Part shown: positions 5,445 through 8,034 of the stretch, in pieces | Layout: every line of letters begins with the position of its first letter | Numbering within the stretch: position 1 is the stretch's first letter | From: a virus | Lineage: Duplodnaviria; Heunggongvirae; Uroviricota; Caudoviricetes | Length of the DNA: 8,034 nucleotides | Reading direction: 5' to 3' (one strand) | IMG/VR virus record: IMGVR_UViG_2695420602_000004 | The notes under the pieces: generated by a model | Databases searched by the model: none | Seen by the model: only the letters and a program-made list of their open reading frames with translations | What the model was told of the DNA's origin: nothing | Position numbers and translations under genes: made by a program

Positions 5445-5619
5445 GGCTGCGGGTGCTTGAGGCTATCTGCCTCGGGCATGAACACCAACGGCAGATAGAG
5501 AAAAGCCCCAGTTAACATTACGCGTCCTGCAAGACGCTTAACATTAATCTGAGGCCAATTTCATGCTAGACACATGTAGGTTAGCCTCTTACGTGCCGAA
5601 AGGCAAGGAGAAGCAGGCT

Positions 5620-5775
5620 ATGAAGCAGCAAAAGGCGATGTTAATCGCCCTGATCGTCATCTGTTTAACCGTCATAGTGACGGCACTGGTAACGAGGAAA
5701 GACCTCTGCGAGGTACGAATCCGAACCGGCCAGACGGAGGTCGCTGTCTTCACAGCTTACGAACCTGAGGAGTAA
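5620..5775 (+). CDS. hokD: Hok-family type I toxin (51 aa, MKQQKAMLIALIVICLTVIVTALVTRKDLCEVRIRTGQTEVAVFTAYEPEE), HokD/RelF-like
   Basis: Sequence recognised as Hok family (TM helix plus conserved LCE.R....EVA.F.AYE); an in-frame upstream ATG at 5563 gives a 70-codon extended ORF; SD-like AAGGAG at 5604..5609. Confidence 0.85.
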   Translation: MKQQKAMLIALIVICLTVIVTALVTRKDLCEVRIRTGQTEVAVFTAYEPEE

Positions 5776-5845
5776 GAGACCCGGCGAGGGAGAAATCCCT
5801 CGCCACCTCTGATGTGGCAGGCATCCTCAACGCACCCGCACTTAA

Positions 5846-5870
5846 CCCGCTTCGGCGGGTTTTTGTTTTT
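5846..5870 (+). terminator. Rho-independent terminator at the 3' end of the hok transcript (CCCGC-TTCG-GCGGG + T-run)
   Basis: GC-rich 5-bp stem with tetraloop at 5846..5859, followed by TTTTTGTTTTT at 5860..5870. Confidence 0.65.
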
Positions 5871-5883
5871 ATTTTCAACGCGT

Positions 5884-5913
5884 TTGAAGTTCTGGACGGT
5901 GCCGGAATAGAAT
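5884..5913 (+). promoter_or_regulatory. Candidate promoter for rem-like gene (TTGAAG-18-TAGAAT)
   Basis: Hexamers at 5884..5889 and 5908..5913 downstream of the hok terminator; weak, sequence-only. Confidence 0.25.
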
Positions 5914-5991
5914 CAAAAATACTTAAGTAGCGCGCAGGGATAAGAGGGATGGTCCCTTAAAGGGGAGAGCTAATTATCCGGAAGGATTCTG

Positions 5992-6243
5992 ATGATGAAC
6001 ATCGAAGAACTGCGTAAAATTTTTTGTGAAGATGGCCTCTATGCTGTGTGCGTTGAAAATGGAAATCTTGTTAGTCATTACCGCATTATGTGTTTGCGAA
6101 AGAATGGGGCTGCGTTAATTAATTTTGTGGATGGTCGAGTGACAGACGGATTTATCTTGCGCGAAGGTGAGTTTGTCACTTCATTACAGGCACTGAAAGA
6201 GATCGGAATAAAAGCAGGCTTTTCAGCTTTTGCAGAAGAATAA
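5992..6243 (+). CDS. rem: Rem-like small prophage protein (83 aa)
   Basis: GAAGGA SD (5981..5986) 5 nt before ATG 5992; 83 aa and position immediately next to hok match remembered Qin rem. Confidence 0.65.
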   Translation: MMNIEELRKIFCEDGLYAVCVENGNLVSHYRIMCLRKNGAALINFVDGRVTDGFILREGEFVTSLQALKEIGIKAGFSAFAEE

Positions 6244-6309
6244 ACTCATCTACAATCTTGCGCGGGGCTGAACTCCCGCTGAGTAACACCGTGCCACCGG
6301 AGAAAACCG

Positions 6310-6588
6310 ATGGCACGCAACGTAAAATATTACAATTCTGATAATTCGCCCGTTCTTGCCTGCACGCACGAGCGGTATTCTCACGCATTCAAGTCTGAAT
6401 GGTTCCAACACCCTCCATGCACTGAAGAGCAGGCTGAATGGATAATTCAGTGTTACCGCAGGCGCGGATACGAGGTTAAGAAAGCCCTTAGTCTCGACTA
6501 CCGTCACTGGATAATCTCAGTCAGATTGCCTTACTCCGAACGCCCACCGCGTCCGTCCCGTACATTCCAGCAACGCATCTGGAGGTAA
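6310..6588 (+). CDS. Hypothetical protein (92 aa), translationally coupled to downstream DUF968 gene
   Basis: GGAG (6299..6302) 7 nt before ATG 6310; stop TAA 6586..6588 lies inside the downstream gene's RBS (GGAGG 6581..6585). Confidence 0.6.
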   Translation: MARNVKYYNSDNSPVLACTHERYSHAFKSEWFQHPPCTEEQAEWIIQCYRRRGYEVKKALSLDYRHWIISVRLPYSERPPRPSRTFQQRIWR

Positions 6589-6589
6589 C

Positions 6590-7639
6590 GTGCGGGTATT
6601 ACTTCGACCTGTTCTGGTACCGGAACTCGGGCTGGTGGTCGTTAAGCCGGGCCGTGAATCCATGCCGGTATTCCACAATACCCGGGTACTGGTGGAGCCG
6701 GAACCGAAAAGCATGCGTAATCTGCCGTCCGGGGTCGTTCCTGCCGTTCGCCAGCCGCTGGTGGAAGACAAAACATTGCTGCCGTTTTTCAGTAACGCAC
6801 GGGTAATTCGTGCTGCTGGTGGTGCTGGTGCATTGTCTGACTGGCTGTTGCGCCATATTAAATCCTGCCAGTGGCCACACGGCGATTATCATCACAGCGA
6901 AACCGTTATTCACCGATATGGTACCGGCGCAATGGTGTTGTGCTGGCACTGCGACAACCAGCTGCGTGACCAGACATCCGAATCACTCGAGCAACTTGCT
7001 CATCAAAACCTGTCAGCATGGATGATTGACGTCATCGGTCACGCAATAAGCGGTACGCAGGAGCGTGAATTATCTCTGGCTGAATTATCCTGGTGGGCGC
7101 TCCGCAATCAGCTGGCGGACGCGCTACCGGAAGCGGTATTACGTCGCTCGCTGGGATTACCAGCGGAAAAAATCTGCTCGGTGTACCGCGAAAGCGACAT
7201 CGTACCGGGAGAGCAGACCGCCACCAGCATATTGAAACAGCGCACAAAAAATCTTGCACCGTTGCCTCACGCCCACCAGCAACAAAACCCATCACAGGAA
7301 AAGACGGTGGTAAGCATCACCGTTGATCCAGAGTCTCCGGAATCTTTCATGAAGCTGCCTAAACGTCACCGTTGGGTTAAGGAGAAATACACACGCTGGG
7401 TTAAGACACAGCCGTGTGCTTGCTGCGGGATGCCAGCCGACGATCCGCATCATCTGATTGGTCACGGGCAGGGCGGAATGGGAACCAAAGCACATGATCT
7501 CTTTGTGTTGCCTTTGTGCAGAAAGCATCACGACGAGTTGCATACGGATACCGTGGCATTTGAAGAGAAGTATGGCTCCCAACTGGAGCTGATTTTTCGA
7601 TTTATCGATCGCGCGCTGGCAATTGGTGTGCTGGCCTAA
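6590..7639 (+). CDS. ydfU: DUF968-type prophage protein with C-terminal HNH-like Cys/His cluster (349 aa), YdfU-like; GTG start
   Basis: GGAGG 4 nt before GTG 6590; C-terminus [43 protein letters not shown] has CxxC...HH...C..HH..H spacing typical of HNH-type zinc-finger nucleases; size and position before Q match remembered Qin YdfU. Confidence 0.72.
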   Translation: MRVLLRPVLVPELGLVVVKPGRESMPVFHNTRVLVEPEPKSMRNLPSGVVPAVRQPLVEDKTLLPFFSNARVIRAAGGAGALSDWLLRHIKSCQWPHGDYHHSETVIHRYGTGAMVLCWHCDNQLRDQTSESLEQLAHQNLSAWMIDVIGHAISGTQERELSLAELSWWALRNQLADALPEAVLRRSLGLPAEKICSVYRESDIVPGEQTATSILKQRTKNLAPLPHAHQQQNPSQEKTVVSITVDPESPESFMKLPKRHRWVKEKYTRWVKTQPCACCGMPADDPHHLIGHGQGGMGTKAHDLFVLPLCRKHHDELHTDTVAFEEKYGSQLELIFRFIDRALAIGVLA

Positions 7640-7656
7640 TTTTGTGGAGTAAGTTG

Positions 7657-8034
7657 ATGCGTGATATTCAGATGGTTCTTGAGCGTTGGGGGGCATGGGC
7701 GGCTAATAATCATGAAGATGTGACCTGGTCGTCCATTGCCGCTGGTTTTAAGGGATTAATTCCTTCAAAAGTAAGATCTCGTCCGCAATGCTGTGACGAT
7801 GACGCGATGATCATTTGTGAATGTATGGCTCGCCTGAGAAAAAACAACAGCGATTTACATGATTTATTGGTGGACTATTATGTTGGCGGCATGACTTTTA
7901 TGGCGCTTGCACGTAAGCATGGGCGATCTGATTGTTGGGTTGGCAGGATGCTCCAGAAAGCTGAGGGCGTAGTGGAGGGCATGCTGATGGTATTGGATCT
8001 CCGATTGGAGATGGATGCTGATTGTTCGAAATAA
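7657..8034 (+). CDS. Late-gene antiterminator Q (QuuD-like, 125 aa); stop codon is the last three bases of the window
   Basis: GGAG (7646..7649) 7 nt before ATG 7657; translation [34 protein letters not shown]...CCDDDAMII...[10 protein letters not shown] closely resembles remembered DLP12 QuuD. Confidence 0.8.
   Translation: MRDIQMVLERWGAWAANNHEDVTWSSIAAGFKGLIPSKVRSRPQCCDDDAMIICECMARLRKNNSDLHDLLVDYYVGGMTFMALARKHGRSDCWVGRMLQKAEGVVEGMLMVLDLRLEMDADCSK

Noticed and set aside
6176-7696. Minus-strand ORFs 6176..6388, 6250..6507, 6517..6771, 6599..6949, 7032..7295, 7292..7696 and plus-strand 6810..7025, 7093..7326
   Set aside because: All lie antisense to or out of frame within the rem-like, 92-aa, DUF968 and Q genes; no RBSs; low-complexity Arg/Ser/Thr-rich products typical of shadow ORFs.

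Overview
This window looks like the early-to-late regulatory part of a lambdoid prophage of the Qin/Rac (DicA/DicC-immunity) type from an Escherichia-like genome, with the 3' end of an IS1 copy at its left edge. Family names rest on my recollection of Qin, Rac, lambda and DLP12 proteins, not on a database search. Reading left to right: IS1 (insB 3' end, element ends near 393); a minus-strand ydfC/ydfB/ydfA-like small-gene operon; a DicA-like repressor divergent from a DicC/Cro-like gene, with a shared GAGAAAACTCAA-type operator motif on both sides of the repressor; a YdaT-like gene; a replication initiator carrying five ~23-bp-spaced iterons inside its own coding sequence; a Ren-like gene; a 310-aa cargo gene with a C-terminal R-x4-H motif in an otherwise alpha-helical-looking tail (candidate HEPN-type RNase, the most interesting object here); a structured ~680-bp low-coding stretch with a strongly ribosome-bound 29-codon hydrophobic ORF; an apparently complete hok-type type I toxin locus with 5'/3' fold-back complementarity and an intrinsic terminator; then rem-like, a 92-aa ORF, a DUF968/HNH-like 349-aa protein and a QuuD-like Q antiterminator ending at the window edge. 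No tRNA, rRNA or CRISPR array was seen.
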